30,442 nucleotides of DNA, from IMG/VR virus record IMGVR_UViG_3300043748_000017, positions 1-30,442 of that record. One strand, written 5' to 3'. This document shows, one piece after another, positions 9,875 through 18,981 of this stretch (the stretch's first letter is position 1; every line of letters begins with the position of its first letter). Both the position numbers and the translations under genes were made by a program. The notes under the pieces were generated by a model. The model was not told where the DNA came from. It did no database searches and saw only the letters and a program-made list of their open reading frames with translations. The stretch comes from a virus. Lineage: Duplodnaviria > Caudoviricetes.

Positions 9875-10353
9875 CAGGCCACAGTCGCCCGGGTCGCCGG
9901 GTCGCTCGTGACCTTGAGCGGCGACATGAACTTCGAGACCTCGTTGGCGGCGGGGGCGATGTTCTGCGGCTCGCCCGCGGCGACGGGGTAGACCTCCACC
10001 TTGTCGCCGGTCGCGAACGCCGTGGTGTAGGAGACGCCGCGGCGGACGATGATGAAGCCGGTCGCGCCGTACACGAGCGTGCTGTAGGGGTTGTCTTCGG
10101 TCGGAGTGCTGCCGCGCTTGAACGTGAGCTCGACGGTGTAGCTCCTCCTCCCCGGCTGATTCGTGCTGAAGGTCGAGGCCAGCGAGCTGGTGTCGACGTC
10201 CGCCGTGCTGGGGTCGGTCTTCAGGCCGTCCGGGGTCAGACGGGTCGTCCAGTCCGACGCGGCGGTCAGCTCAGTCGCGGTCGGCGCGTTGACGCTCGCG
10301 ATGGACGTCGCGAACGCCACCTTGGTGTTGCCATCGGAGATCAGGTCGCTCAT
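9874..10353 (-). CDS. Major tail (tube) protein
   Basis: 159 aa, IASVNAPTATEL...LTPDGL...GDKVEVYPV, typical actinophage tail tube; precedes the chaperones. Confidence 0.85.
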   Translation of the reverse strand: MSDLISDGNTKVAFATSIASVNAPTATELTAASDWTTRLTPDGLKTDPSTADVDTSSLASTFSTNQPGRRSYTVELTFKRGSTPTEDNPYSTLVYGATGFIIVRRGVSYTTAFATGDKVEVYPVAAGEPQNIAPAANEVSKFMSPLKVTSDPATRATVA

Positions 10354-10373
10354 TGCACCCTCCTCGGGGCATG

Positions 10374-10396
10374 AAAAAAGCCCCGGTCAGCGGGGC
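10374..10396 (-). terminator. Intrinsic terminator
   Basis: Minus strand GCCCCG-ctgac-CGGGGC followed by TTTTTT. Confidence 0.75.
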
Positions 10397-10419
10397 AGGA
10401 GACTGGGGGCGGGGAAGGG

Positions 10420-10752
10420 TCAGATGCGCAGCGCGGCGACGGTCACAGAGGTCGTGGCCGAGTAGCCGACGCTGGCCTGCTGGTTGATGTCCGCGTGCAG
10501 GGACGCGTCGATCGGGCCGATCATCTTGTCGGTCGCGTTCGCGATCGTCACGGTCCGGTCCGGGACGGTCAGGCCCTTGTATGTGTTGGCCTGCGTGGTG
10601 ATGGTGACGGTGATCGGCGAGGCGCCACCGTTCTTGACGTGCAGGAACACGTTGGCCGCGCCGAGCGGGATCTTGTCGCCGCCCGCGGAGGCGGCGCCGT
10701 AGTTCGCGGCCAGACCGGCCGCCGTGATCGCCTGAAGGCTCAGAAGTGCCAT
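10420..10752 (-). CDS. Small beta-rich virion structural protein
   Basis: 110 aa from ATG 10752 (SD GAGGAG): MALLSLQAITAAGL...LHVKNGGASPITVTI; lies between tail terminator and major tail genes. Confidence 0.65.
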   Translation of the reverse strand: MALLSLQAITAAGLAANYGAASAGGDKIPLGAANVFLHVKNGGASPITVTITTQANTYKGLTVPDRTVTIANATDKMIGPIDASLHADINQQASVGYSATTSVTVAALRI

Positions 10753-10763
10753 GGGGGTTCTCC

Positions 10764-11174
10764 TCAACTGGGGATGGAACGAAGCCGGTACCGGCTAGGG
10801 GCGTAGAAGCAAGGCGGGACGACGTCGTCATCACGCTGTACCGGCTGCCCGTCGAGCGCCTCAGGCTTCCAGGACGCGCGGCCGGTGACCGCCAGGACCG
10901 TGGACATTGCGGCGGCGGCCCGGTCCGACACCGTCATTGCCTGCTCCGCCGTCAGCCCCACGCATGTGAGCTGAACGACCGCCGAGAAGGCCGTCCGGTC
11001 GTCGGCCAGGGAAGCTGCCTGCGCCCGGCCTGGCTCCGGATACAGCACCACGAACGGCTGCGCGTCGGTCGGCGAGACGCCCGGAGGCGCACCGCCCAGG
11101 TACACGGTCAGGCCGGCCGCCTCGAGAGCCGAGGTGACCGCGTCAACGTGCGGCAGAACAGCGGGAGTCGTCAT
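10764..11174 (-). CDS. Tail terminator protein
   Basis: 136 aa from ATG 11174 (MTTPAVLPHVDAV...PFVVLYP...VQLTCVG); neck-module position. Confidence 0.7.
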   Translation of the reverse strand: MTTPAVLPHVDAVTSALEAAGLTVYLGGAPPGVSPTDAQPFVVLYPEPGRAQAASLADDRTAFSAVVQLTCVGLTAEQAMTVSDRAAAAMSTVLAVTGRASWKPEALDGQPVQRDDDVVPPCFYAPSRYRLRSIPS

Positions 11175-11187
11175 CGGCGGCCCCCCG

Positions 11188-11595
11188 TCACGTTGCTGCT
11201 TCGACGCTGATCCGCCACGCGGTCGCCGTACTGCCGAAGTCGACCGCCATGACCGCGAACGTCTGGCCGACGAGTCGCGTGTCACCGGACGCGGTGATCG
11301 TGACGGTGTCGCCGACGTGCAGATCGTCCGTGGCCAGGGATGCGAACGGCAACGCCACCTCGTAACGGGCAACGACCGTGAGCCGCTCCCCGGCCTCCTC
11401 GTTGCGGGGAACCCGCTGAGCCTTTAGGCGGCACGCCCCGGAGTACAGGGTCGTCGGCGCCCCCGGAGTGAGGACGCTAGTTGACCTGTTCAGCGTCGGC
11501 GTTCCCGACCTGGTGATGGTGCAGGAGTCCACCATGAGTTGCTGGTGTGCGAGCCGGCCAGCCGCGAGGAGCGGCTGGGGATCGATTGCCGTCAT
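11188..11595 (-). CDS. Head closure / head-to-tail stopper protein
   Basis: 135 aa from ATG 11595, which overlaps the upstream stop; MVDSCTITR...LYSGACRL...VGDTVTIT pattern. Confidence 0.7.
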   Translation of the reverse strand: MTAIDPQPLLAAGRLAHQQLMVDSCTITRSGTPTLNRSTSVLTPGAPTTLYSGACRLKAQRVPRNEEAGERLTVVARYEVALPFASLATDDLHVGDTVTITASGDTRLVGQTFAVMAVDFGSTATAWRISVEAAT

Positions 11596-12224
11596 CACGT
11601 CACCGGAGCCACGGAGAACGCAGCCACCCGGTACGGGCGCAGCGCCTCCTTGTGTTCGGCCGACAGCTGGGGACCGCCGATCGTCTCCGCGGCGAACGTG
11701 CGCGAGTAGTCGTCGATCGACTCGGAGCGCAGTCCCTGCGGGTTGGTCATGGCCATCGACGCCAGGTCCAGGACCACGTCCACGATGTCGTCCGGGACCT
11801 CCGTGTAGCCGTGGCTGTACGTCACCCGGACACGCTGCGCCCAGATGCCCTGCGGGCGCATCCACGGCCAGCCCATCAGCCGAGTAGGCGCCCACCACTG
11901 CTCACCGCGGGTCAGCTCGGTCCCGATCCGCGTGAAATCCCGGCCCTCGAGGGCCGTGTACTCCACATCGCTGATCCCGAACAGCTCGACGACGGTCAGC
12001 GGATGCGTGTCGTCAAGGACGAGGGGACGCTGGGGCAGCCGGAGGATCCGACTGCCTCCGGGCAGGGTGACGGTCTCGTTCTCCACCAGGGTGATCTCCT
12101 GGCGGCAGTACTTCCGCACCCTGGCGGAGGCCCTTCGCAGCGCCATCGCCGCCTGCGTGGCATCCAGCGTCCGCTGCAGCGCCGCCTCGAGATCCGCCTG
12201 AACAGCCAGAGGAGTCGGGGACAT
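11595..12224 (-). CDS. Head-tail adaptor protein
   Basis: 209 aa, LRRASARVRKY...VRVTYSHGY..VPDDI...NPQGLRSESIDDYS. Confidence 0.8.
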   Translation of the reverse strand: MSPTPLAVQADLEAALQRTLDATQAAMALRRASARVRKYCRQEITLVENETVTLPGGSRILRLPQRPLVLDDTHPLTVVELFGISDVEYTALEGRDFTRIGTELTRGEQWWAPTRLMGWPWMRPQGIWAQRVRVTYSHGYTEVPDDIVDVVLDLASMAMTNPQGLRSESIDDYSRTFAAETIGGPQLSAEHKEALRPYRVAAFSVAPVT

Positions 12225-12235
12225 GCGGGCCCCCT

Positions 12236-12598
12236 TTACTCCTCGGAGCCGGCCAGGGCCGCCAGACGCTTGACGACGGTCGACCGCGGCTTGTCCTTCG
12301 CCTGTTCCGCCTCAAGGGCCTGAGCGGCACGCTCCTTGTCGCCGTCCACCCACGCCATCAGGTCGTCGATGGTGCCGTCCACCGGCGGCTCGTCGCCTTC
12401 CGGCTGTACGGGAGCGGCCGGCGACTCCGGCTCGACCTGCTCGGGCTCAGGGTCGTTCTCGAGGACCTCGACCGTTCCCTCGGGGGTGTTGTCCAGGAAG
12501 TGCCTGGCCTGCTCGCCCACCAGCTCCGCACCCTCGCGGAACTCTGCGATCGCGTAATTCCAGTACGCGGTGAACTTCTTGAGCACGCGCACGCGCAT
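12236..12598 (-). CDS. Hypothetical phage protein after capsid
   Basis: 120 aa, SD AGGAG, acidic linker and small helical C-terminal domain (GTIDDLMAWV...KPRSTVVKRL). Confidence 0.75.
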   Translation of the reverse strand: MRVRVLKKFTAYWNYAIAEFREGAELVGEQARHFLDNTPEGTVEVLENDPEPEQVEPESPAAPVQPEGDEPPVDGTIDDLMAWVDGDKERAAQALEAEQAKDKPRSTVVKRLAALAGSEE

Positions 12599-12619
12599 GT
12601 CTCATCTCCTCTGTGAGGG

Positions 12620-12661
12620 CCCGTCGACGCGGACGGACAGGGAAGTGTCCGCGTCGACGGG
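12620..12661 (-). terminator. Long stem-loop after the major capsid gene
   Basis: 15-bp perfect inverted repeat CCCGTCGACGCGGAC...GTCCGCGTCGACGGG; no U-tract, as is common in Streptomyces. Confidence 0.65.
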
Positions 12662-12672
12662 AGCCAGATGGG

Positions 12673-13983
12673 TCAGGCGTGCTCGATGACCACGGCGCGC
12701 TTGTACAGAGCGGCGTCGCCGCTGCCCGAGTCGGTCGGGACGCCGAAGTCGCCGGTCCACGCCCACGTGCTGGCGACGACCTGCTGCAGGCGGTCCTGCG
12801 GCGGACGGATCAGCAGTGTGACGTCCACGCCGGGCGCGGCGTTGATCTGCCGGACCTCCGGAACATCCTCGACACCCGTGCCGGACAGCAGCGAGCCCTG
12901 ACCCTCGAACGGCGCGGACATCAGCGCGGAGCCGCCCATGACGATCGGCCGGTGCACCGTCATGTTCTGGCCCGAGCCGCCCTGGACGGTGGGGCAGACG
13001 ATGTTCCTGACCCAGTCGATGCCGCCGAAACGGCCGATGCTCAGGTCGCGGTAGACGGGGCTGTCCACCCTGCCCTGCAACGCCTGCTTGAAGTCCGAGT
13101 CACTGAAGAGCTCGGCCTCGGTGTCCGCGTCGATGTGCGCCACGTAGTAGCCGCCGATCGTCGGGACGGACATCTTCCGCAGACGGGCCACGGCCGAACG
13201 GAAGTTGGCGAAGGTCACCGTGTTACCGGCGGACAGGTCGTAGGCGGTGTTACCGGTCGCCCGGATCGTCACCGGGGCGTTGCCCGCGACGACCGCCCAG
13301 CCAATGGACGCCGAGATGGCGGTCCCCAGGGTGAGCGTGCTGGTGCCGACGTTGACGCCGGTCACGGTGTTCGCCACGCCGTTGATGGTCACGGACAGCG
13401 GGTTGGCGCCGGACACGGCGGTAGGGACGCCGTTGACGTTGTTGAACTGGAACCCGTTGACCGACTGAACCACCAGCGCGGTGCTCGTGGTGCTCGACGC
13501 GGTCGCCCACGTCCGGCCGCCGGCGTAGGCCGCGAAGAGCTTGTTGCGGGCCACCTCGTTGATGGACTGGCCAGCGTTCACGCCGAGGTTGTCGATGTCG
13601 GCCAAGAACTTATTGGCCGCCGCCATCGCGGAACCCAGCATGTTCGTGTCCATCGTGTTCGAGTACTGGTCCATGATCACGGACCACTGCTCGATGGTGT
13701 AGGTCGACGGAGACGGGTCCGATCCTGTCGTCGGGGTGCTCGCCGACGACAGGAGGCCCTTCCTCGTGAAGGTCTTGGTGTCGCCGAGGCCGCCCTGCCA
13801 CGGCTCCGCGTCCGCGATCTGCGGGAACAGGAACTGCGGCACCATAGCGTCGCGGAACATCCTGTCGAGCAGGCCGTTCTGCAGCATGCCCTGAATCGCG
13901 GCAGGCAGAGTGTTCCGCACGCCGGCGTGCCGGTCGAGCTTGAACCAGGCGCGCGGCGCCATGGTCTTTGGGGTCATGGTCAC
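12673..13983 (-). CDS. Major capsid protein
   Basis: 436 aa after the scaffold and protease genes; FRSAVARLRKMSVP...YYVAHI segment; followed by a strong hairpin. Confidence 0.88.
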   Translation of the reverse strand: MTMTPKTMAPRAWFKLDRHAGVRNTLPAAIQGMLQNGLLDRMFRDAMVPQFLFPQIADAEPWQGGLGDTKTFTRKGLLSSASTPTTGSDPSPSTYTIEQWSVIMDQYSNTMDTNMLGSAMAAANKFLADIDNLGVNAGQSINEVARNKLFAAYAGGRTWATASSTTSTALVVQSVNGFQFNNVNGVPTAVSGANPLSVTINGVANTVTGVNVGTSTLTLGTAISASIGWAVVAGNAPVTIRATGNTAYDLSAGNTVTFANFRSAVARLRKMSVPTIGGYYVAHIDADTEAELFSDSDFKQALQGRVDSPVYRDLSIGRFGGIDWVRNIVCPTVQGGSGQNMTVHRPIVMGGSALMSAPFEGQGSLLSGTGVEDVPEVRQINAAPGVDVTLLIRPPQDRLQQVVASTWAWTGDFGVPTDSGSGDAALYKRAVVIEHA

Positions 13984-14168
13984 TCCTCAGTGATCTCAAC
14001 GGACACAAGGTCCGGGTTCTGCTCTGCGATCATCTGGATCCCGAGCAGTGCGGTTTGGGTGATGGCCGACACGGCAGCGCAGACGCGACCCCCAGCGGCA
14101 TGCTCCTCGTGACCGGCCACCTCAATCGAGGTAAGCCCGTCGCCCAGCCGGGCGCGGACTCGGATCAC
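13980..14168 (-). CDS. prp: Prp-family (ribosomal-processing-type) cysteine protease, minimal 62 aa
   Basis: IEVAGH-x7-RVCAAVSAI matches the Prp His/Cys dyad motif (GHA...DIVCAAVS); 4-nt overlaps with both neighbours. Confidence 0.75.
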   Translation of the reverse strand: MIRVRARLGDGLTSIEVAGHEEHAAGGRVCAAVSAITQTALLGIQMIAEQNPDLVSVEITEE

Positions 14169-14851
14169 CAGCGCTGCCGGAATGAGTACTTGGCCAGCTC
14201 GGCCGCGACCTCATCCTTCGAGGCGTTGCGGTAGTCGGTCGGCGCCGGAGCGCCCCGACTGCCCTGGGCGGGGTCCGGCTTGACCCTCGGCTTCGCCGGC
14301 TCGACTGCAGCCGTCTGCCTTCGCAGATGCGGCTTCCGCTCCAGCAGGTCGGCGAGGTCCGCCTCGATTGCGTCTGTGTCGATGTCGCCGTCGCTGTCGA
14401 CATAGCGAGACAGGTCACCGAGCAGGTCAGCGTCCGTGGGGTCCGCGAACGCGTCGGATGCGAGCGCCTTGACCTCCGCCTTCACCGCACGGGCCGTGGC
14501 CTTCGCGGCAGCCGCCTCGAGGCGCTCCGCCTTCGAAGTCGCCTTGTCGAGCTCCGTCTTGTCGCGGTCCTCGAACTCGGCAACCTTGCGGGCCAGCTCG
14601 TCGGCGCGCTTCTTCGCGTCCGCGGCCTCCTTCTTGGCCGCCGCGCGCTCGGACTTCATGCGATCCAGCGCCTTCTTGCCGGCGTCGCCAAGCTTGTCGG
14701 CATCCTCCGGCTCGCCTTCGGGCTCGGGCTCCGGGTCGTCGGCCGGGTCCGCGGTGGGCTCCGGGTCGGTCGGCTCGGGGTCGTCGTGCCTGTTCAACCG
14801 GAACCACGCGCTCTGGGCAGCGGGAAGCCAGCTCTTACGGGTGTTCTCCAT
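14165..14851 (-). CDS. Capsid scaffolding protein
   Basis: 228 aa: acidic Pro-rich N-terminus, LGDAGKKAL, coiled coil, DPAQGSRG; upstream of capsid. Confidence 0.88.
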   Translation of the reverse strand: MENTRKSWLPAAQSAWFRLNRHDDPEPTDPEPTADPADDPEPEPEGEPEDADKLGDAGKKALDRMKSERAAAKKEAADAKKRADELARKVAEFEDRDKTELDKATSKAERLEAAAAKATARAVKAEVKALASDAFADPTDADLLGDLSRYVDSDGDIDTDAIEADLADLLERKPHLRRQTAAVEPAKPRVKPDPAQGSRGAPAPTDYRNASKDEVAAELAKYSFRQRW

Positions 14852-14862
14852 GGTGATGCGTC

Positions 14863-14902
14863 TCCCGTTGCGGGATCAGTGACCAGACCTTGCGCCCGGT
14901 CA
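14863..14902 (-). promoter_or_regulatory. Tandem RNA hairpins with GCAA(G/C) loops covering the scaffold SD
   Basis: TGACCGGGC[GCAAG]GTCTGGTCA then TCCC[GCAAC]GGGA-G, 10 nt before the ATG. Confidence 0.55.
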
Positions 14903-15925
14903 GTTCACGTAGCCAAAGCGCCTGAGCAGGCGGATCAGCTCTGCCCGGTCATCGGCGAGGCGGTAGATCTCGCCAGGCGTCAACCGGGGGGTCCTCAGGT
15001 GGAACTGCGGCAGGCCGCGCTGCACGTCGGCGAAGGAGCGGGCGTACCGCTGCCCGGTGCGCTGCTCCGTCTCCCGCAGCATCCGGCGGTAGAAATCACC
15101 GCGGCGGGTCGTGCCCTCGAGCGTCGCCACGACCTTGCGGCCGTAGGCGTCGAGCGTGACCGTCGACCGGCCCGCGTTGACCACGGAATAGATGTCCGCG
15201 CCATTGCGGATCGCCTCCGCGCCACCCACCCCAAACCGACGATCCTGCTCGGCCCGGGACAAGCCGTTGAAGAAGCTCATCGGGCTCAGATGCCGCCCCG
15301 GGCGGGCCTCCGTCGCCGGTACGCCGTAGCACTGACAGCGCTTGTGTCGCTGAAAGTCCGCGTTGTAGCGGTACCAGCGGCCCGCGAGAATCACGCAGCG
15401 CCCGCACGCGCCCGAACGGACCATCCGCACGTAGCCGGTGACCTGCCGATTCGCAGCCATCGCCACACCAGCCGCGCCACGGCCAGCGTCCGCGACCTCC
15501 GACGCCACCATCCGCTGCAGCTGGAACAGGCCGGACGTCATCGCCTCTTGCAGTGTCAGACCGCCCTCAATCAGAGTCTTGGTCCGGATCACCGGCAGGT
15601 ACAGCAGGCTGTCCAGCGGACGACCATCCGAGGCCGCACCCGACAGCTGCCGCGCGTTCACGTGGCTGGCGCCCGGCTCGTAGTCCTGCGACAAGCCGTC
15701 CGCCGCGACCATCGCATTCACGTAGGCCTGCCCCGTCGACGCAGCGACCAGCTGGCCGGCCGACACAGCCCGGACGATCGCCGGACCGAGGCCGCGCAGC
15801 CACGAGCCGGACAGATCCGCGGTCGCAAGCTCCCGCCACAGGCGCTCTACCGTGGTCGACGTCTGCAGGACCGCGCGCTGCTGCTGCTCGCCATACGTGC
15901 GCACGATCTCGTCATGCGCCGCCAC
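14900..15925 (-). CDS. MuF-like minor head protein
   Basis: 341 aa after portal; GYVRM...ACGRCVILAG...FQRHKRCQC Cys/His motif. Confidence 0.8.
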   Translation of the reverse strand: MAAHDEIVRTYGEQQQRAVLQTSTTVERLWRELATADLSGSWLRGLGPAIVRAVSAGQLVAASTGQAYVNAMVAADGLSQDYEPGASHVNARQLSGAASDGRPLDSLLYLPVIRTKTLIEGGLTLQEAMTSGLFQLQRMVASEVADAGRGAAGVAMAANRQVTGYVRMVRSGACGRCVILAGRWYRYNADFQRHKRCQCYGVPATEARPGRHLSPMSFFNGLSRAEQDRRFGVGGAEAIRNGADIYSVVNAGRSTVTLDAYGRKVVATLEGTTRRGDFYRRMLRETEQRTGQRYARSFADVQRGLPQFHLRTPRLTPGEIYRLADDRAELIRLLRRFGYVN

Positions 15926-15926
15926 C

Positions 15927-17348
15927 TCAGCCGTCCGCGCTGTCCGCCGACCACTGCGGCACCGGGCCCGACTCGGCCGGAGCGCCCTGCGCCGTCGGCG
16001 GGGCCGTCGACAACTGGTGCAGGTCCATCGCCGTCATCCGGGTCAGCGCATCGTCCTGCATGCGCCGCATCCGCTCCCGCTCCACCGCGCTGAAGTTCAG
16101 CTTCTCCCAAGCCATCTCCGTCGGCAGAATCCCCGCGGCGTGCAACTTCACCGTCGCGTCCGCCATCTGCGCAAACGTCGGCGTCGCCGGGTCACGCCAG
16201 ACCGTCTCCAGCGAGCGGGTACGCGGGTCGATCCTGCCGTCCCGCACCAGCAGGACCAGCCGCATGACCCGCTCCCACGCCTCGCCGAACGCTCTCTGGC
16301 GGCGCTCCGCCCGCTTCACCAGGCGGGCCTCCGACGCGCGGATCGCGTCGGCGCTTGGGGGTTGATCGGTCGCGAGCCCGAGAAAGGCGGGCGGCAGGCC
16401 AGTCAGGGACGCGACCAGGTGAGCCAGCTGGTTCAGCGTCGCGTGGAAGTTCGTGAGCTGCGCCTCAGGGAACTGGTCGAACTTGACCTCCGGGTTCTCG
16501 TTCACCCACAGGCGCCCAGCCAGCGAAGACAGCGCGCCAAGCGGCTGCCCGTTCTCGTCGGCGAAGTCGTCCCTGCTCAGGCCAGTCGCCCAACGGCGCG
16601 GCATCGCGTGATACTCCGCCGACACCATCATGTCCGACGCCACCTTGCAGGCAGCATCCGACAGCGGAATCACCGCACGCAGCTCCGACGTACCGTCCAT
16701 GTGCCGCAGACGAGGCCGGTTCGCCAACGGCACGACCAGCACTTCGCCGAGGTTGTGCTCGTCACGATCGGTCTCGGACCACTGGCCCTTGACCATCTCG
16801 AACGTGATCCGCTTGTCCGGCAAGTACAGCGACGCCATCTTGGTCGGGCCCATGGTGGAGTCCGCGGACGGTTCCTCCCACCGCTTCACGGCCGCTACAA
16901 CGTCCCGCGTGCGAGGATCCCGCTCGGCAAAGACGTCGAGGGCGCTCTCAGCAGTAACGATCGGCGTCTCCGCGTCTCCCTCGTTCGCGCCGACAATCAT
17001 GTACGAGCGGCGCAGCGCCAACGCGTCCACGTGGGCCTGCTGCGAGCCCTCGTCGAGGTCGTTGGCCTGCCAGATCGACCACAGATCGTCCTCGGTCGTC
17101 TCACTGTCCGCGTACCGGAAGCCCTCGATATCCAGGCGCTCATCCAACGCATCCACGACCAACTGCGGCCAGTTGATGATGAGCTGCCGCATGCGGTCGC
17201 TGAGCTCCGCCTGAATCTCCGGCGCCAGGTAGGACAGCGGCTGCGTGCCCTCGTAGTACGAGTCCATCAGACGCAGATCAGGCAGATCCTTGTCGTGGCA
17301 CTGGATCAGCCGCCTCAGCCAGCCCTCCGGGTCGAGATCCAAGGCCAC
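15927..17348 (-). CDS. Portal protein (SPP1 gp6-like)
   Basis: 473 aa, YYEGTQPL...NWPQLVVD...FGEAWERVMRL...WRDP. Confidence 0.93.
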   Translation of the reverse strand: MALDLDPEGWLRRLIQCHDKDLPDLRLMDSYYEGTQPLSYLAPEIQAELSDRMRQLIINWPQLVVDALDERLDIEGFRYADSETTEDDLWSIWQANDLDEGSQQAHVDALALRRSYMIVGANEGDAETPIVTAESALDVFAERDPRTRDVVAAVKRWEEPSADSTMGPTKMASLYLPDKRITFEMVKGQWSETDRDEHNLGEVLVVPLANRPRLRHMDGTSELRAVIPLSDAACKVASDMMVSAEYHAMPRRWATGLSRDDFADENGQPLGALSSLAGRLWVNENPEVKFDQFPEAQLTNFHATLNQLAHLVASLTGLPPAFLGLATDQPPSADAIRASEARLVKRAERRQRAFGEAWERVMRLVLLVRDGRIDPRTRSLETVWRDPATPTFAQMADATVKLHAAGILPTEMAWEKLNFSAVERERMRRMQDDALTRMTAMDLHQLSTAPPTAQGAPAESGPVPQWSADSADG

Positions 17349-17361
17349 GACAACACCCCCT

Positions 17362-18981
17362 TCACCGCATCACCGTCGTCCTCCGAGGCGGAGGCCGCTC
17401 ATTGCCGCCCGCCTTGATCGCGTCGCGTCGGGCTTCCCAGGACAGACACCCAGCCATCGCCAGGTCGATCTTTCGCGGGGAGTCATGGCGGTCCTTCTGG
17501 ATCGTCCACATCCGCTTGCCCTCGTCGTCCTTCACGCCAGCGTCGCGTTTCACCGCGTTCGCAATGTGGCGCGCGAACGCGTCGCTGCCGTCGTGCGACA
17601 TCTCTCCGCCGGTCATCGCCGTCTTGTACGCCCGCAGCGCGAACGCCATCTGCCGGCGCCGGTGCGTCCACCACTCGGTGACGACCTTCGGCCCGTACTT
17701 GCCGGCCCACGCCGCGATGGTCGCCTCGTAGTAGGCGGGGTCCGCGTAGAGGCGCACCACTCGCCAAGTGCGCATCGCCTCGGCCAAGACCGAGTTGAGC
17801 TCGGTCTCGGGGACTTCCCAGCTCTCCGCCTCCAGCTTGTTCGCAGGCGCCTCCCACACGCCCAGCACCCACTGATGGCCCGTCTCCAGGTGCGTGGCGA
17901 TGAAGCCGGTCGAGTCGCTCCACTTCGACCCGTCGAACCCGATCGAGATCGGCTCCTTGTCCGGGACGACGAACCGCGAGTCGGCCAGCTCGCGCCACCG
18001 CGAGGCGTCGAACGCCTTGGCCGACGCGGTGCCCGGCTGGTTGAGGAAGTACCGGCGGGCGTCCGCCGGATCGGTGTCCGGCTCGCGCATGTCGGCGGCG
18101 ATGCGCTCCAGGTCCATCCAGCCCGCGGCGTCCCCGTACACGAACTCCAGGGCCGGCAGCAGCTGGGCGTCGTCGTACAGATCCTCGACGTGCGGAGCCT
18201 CGCGGTGGTCGAACAGCAGACCGCCGTCGCGAACGCGGCCGGACTTTACGGCCTTCGCGTACTCGTGGGTGGCCTCCGCGACGCTGTCCTCGCCGACCGC
18301 GTACATCGTCGACGTCTCCAGCGACCAGGGCTCCGCAGCCCGGCGCTTCACCAGGTTCCGGCGCACCGTCTTGTGCATGCTCTTCAGCTCGGGTAGCACG
18401 TACAGGTGCGTCTCATCGAAGACCGCGAACGTCTCCTTGCCGCCATCCTTCGCCGCCCCGGACGACGTCGACGGGACAATCTCTCCGCCACCCTCGATGA
18501 AGATGCGAGACGAGGTCTGGGCGTTGCGCCCCAAGTCGATACCCGGGAACTCGTCCCCGAAGTTCTCGACGAGATGCTCCAGCATCGCCGTGACGTTGTC
18601 GTAGGTGTTGCCCGACTGGTTCTCTTCCGTCGCGAGGCAGCGGATGAACGGGTACACCTGCTCGCGGCCTACCGGCTCCCCATTGGCGGCCCAGCCATCG
18701 AAACGGCACGGGCCGAGCGCCTCGAAGCACACCAACGCGCCGGCCAGTTCGCTCTTCGCCCGCCCCTTCGGCCGGGACAGGAAGGCACGGTTGACCTTGC
18801 GCCGGCCGGTCACCTGATCCAGCTGGTACGCCTTGACGATGAAGGCGTACATCTCGTCATCGATGACCAGCTCCTGGCCCTGCACGTCACCCGGACCGTG
18901 GCACAGGTAGTGCTCGATCCACTCGACAGCCTCGAAGCCGAGAGAGACGAAACGGTCCGGGTCAGCCTTCCGCCTGGCCAT
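17362..18981 (-). CDS. terL: Terminase large subunit
   Basis: 539 aa; Walker A-like RPKGRAKS, Walker B VFDETH, nuclease motifs IGFDGS...DST and KIDLAMA. Confidence 0.95.
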   Translation of the reverse strand: MARRKADPDRFVSLGFEAVEWIEHYLCHGPGDVQGQELVIDDEMYAFIVKAYQLDQVTGRRKVNRAFLSRPKGRAKSELAGALVCFEALGPCRFDGWAANGEPVGREQVYPFIRCLATEENQSGNTYDNVTAMLEHLVENFGDEFPGIDLGRNAQTSSRIFIEGGGEIVPSTSSGAAKDGGKETFAVFDETHLYVLPELKSMHKTVRRNLVKRRAAEPWSLETSTMYAVGEDSVAEATHEYAKAVKSGRVRDGGLLFDHREAPHVEDLYDDAQLLPALEFVYGDAAGWMDLERIAADMREPDTDPADARRYFLNQPGTASAKAFDASRWRELADSRFVVPDKEPISIGFDGSKWSDSTGFIATHLETGHQWVLGVWEAPANKLEAESWEVPETELNSVLAEAMRTWRVVRLYADPAYYEATIAAWAGKYGPKVVTEWWTHRRRQMAFALRAYKTAMTGGEMSHDGSDAFARHIANAVKRDAGVKDDEGKRMWTIQKDRHDSPRKIDLAMAGCLSWEARRDAIKAGGNERPPPRRTTVMR

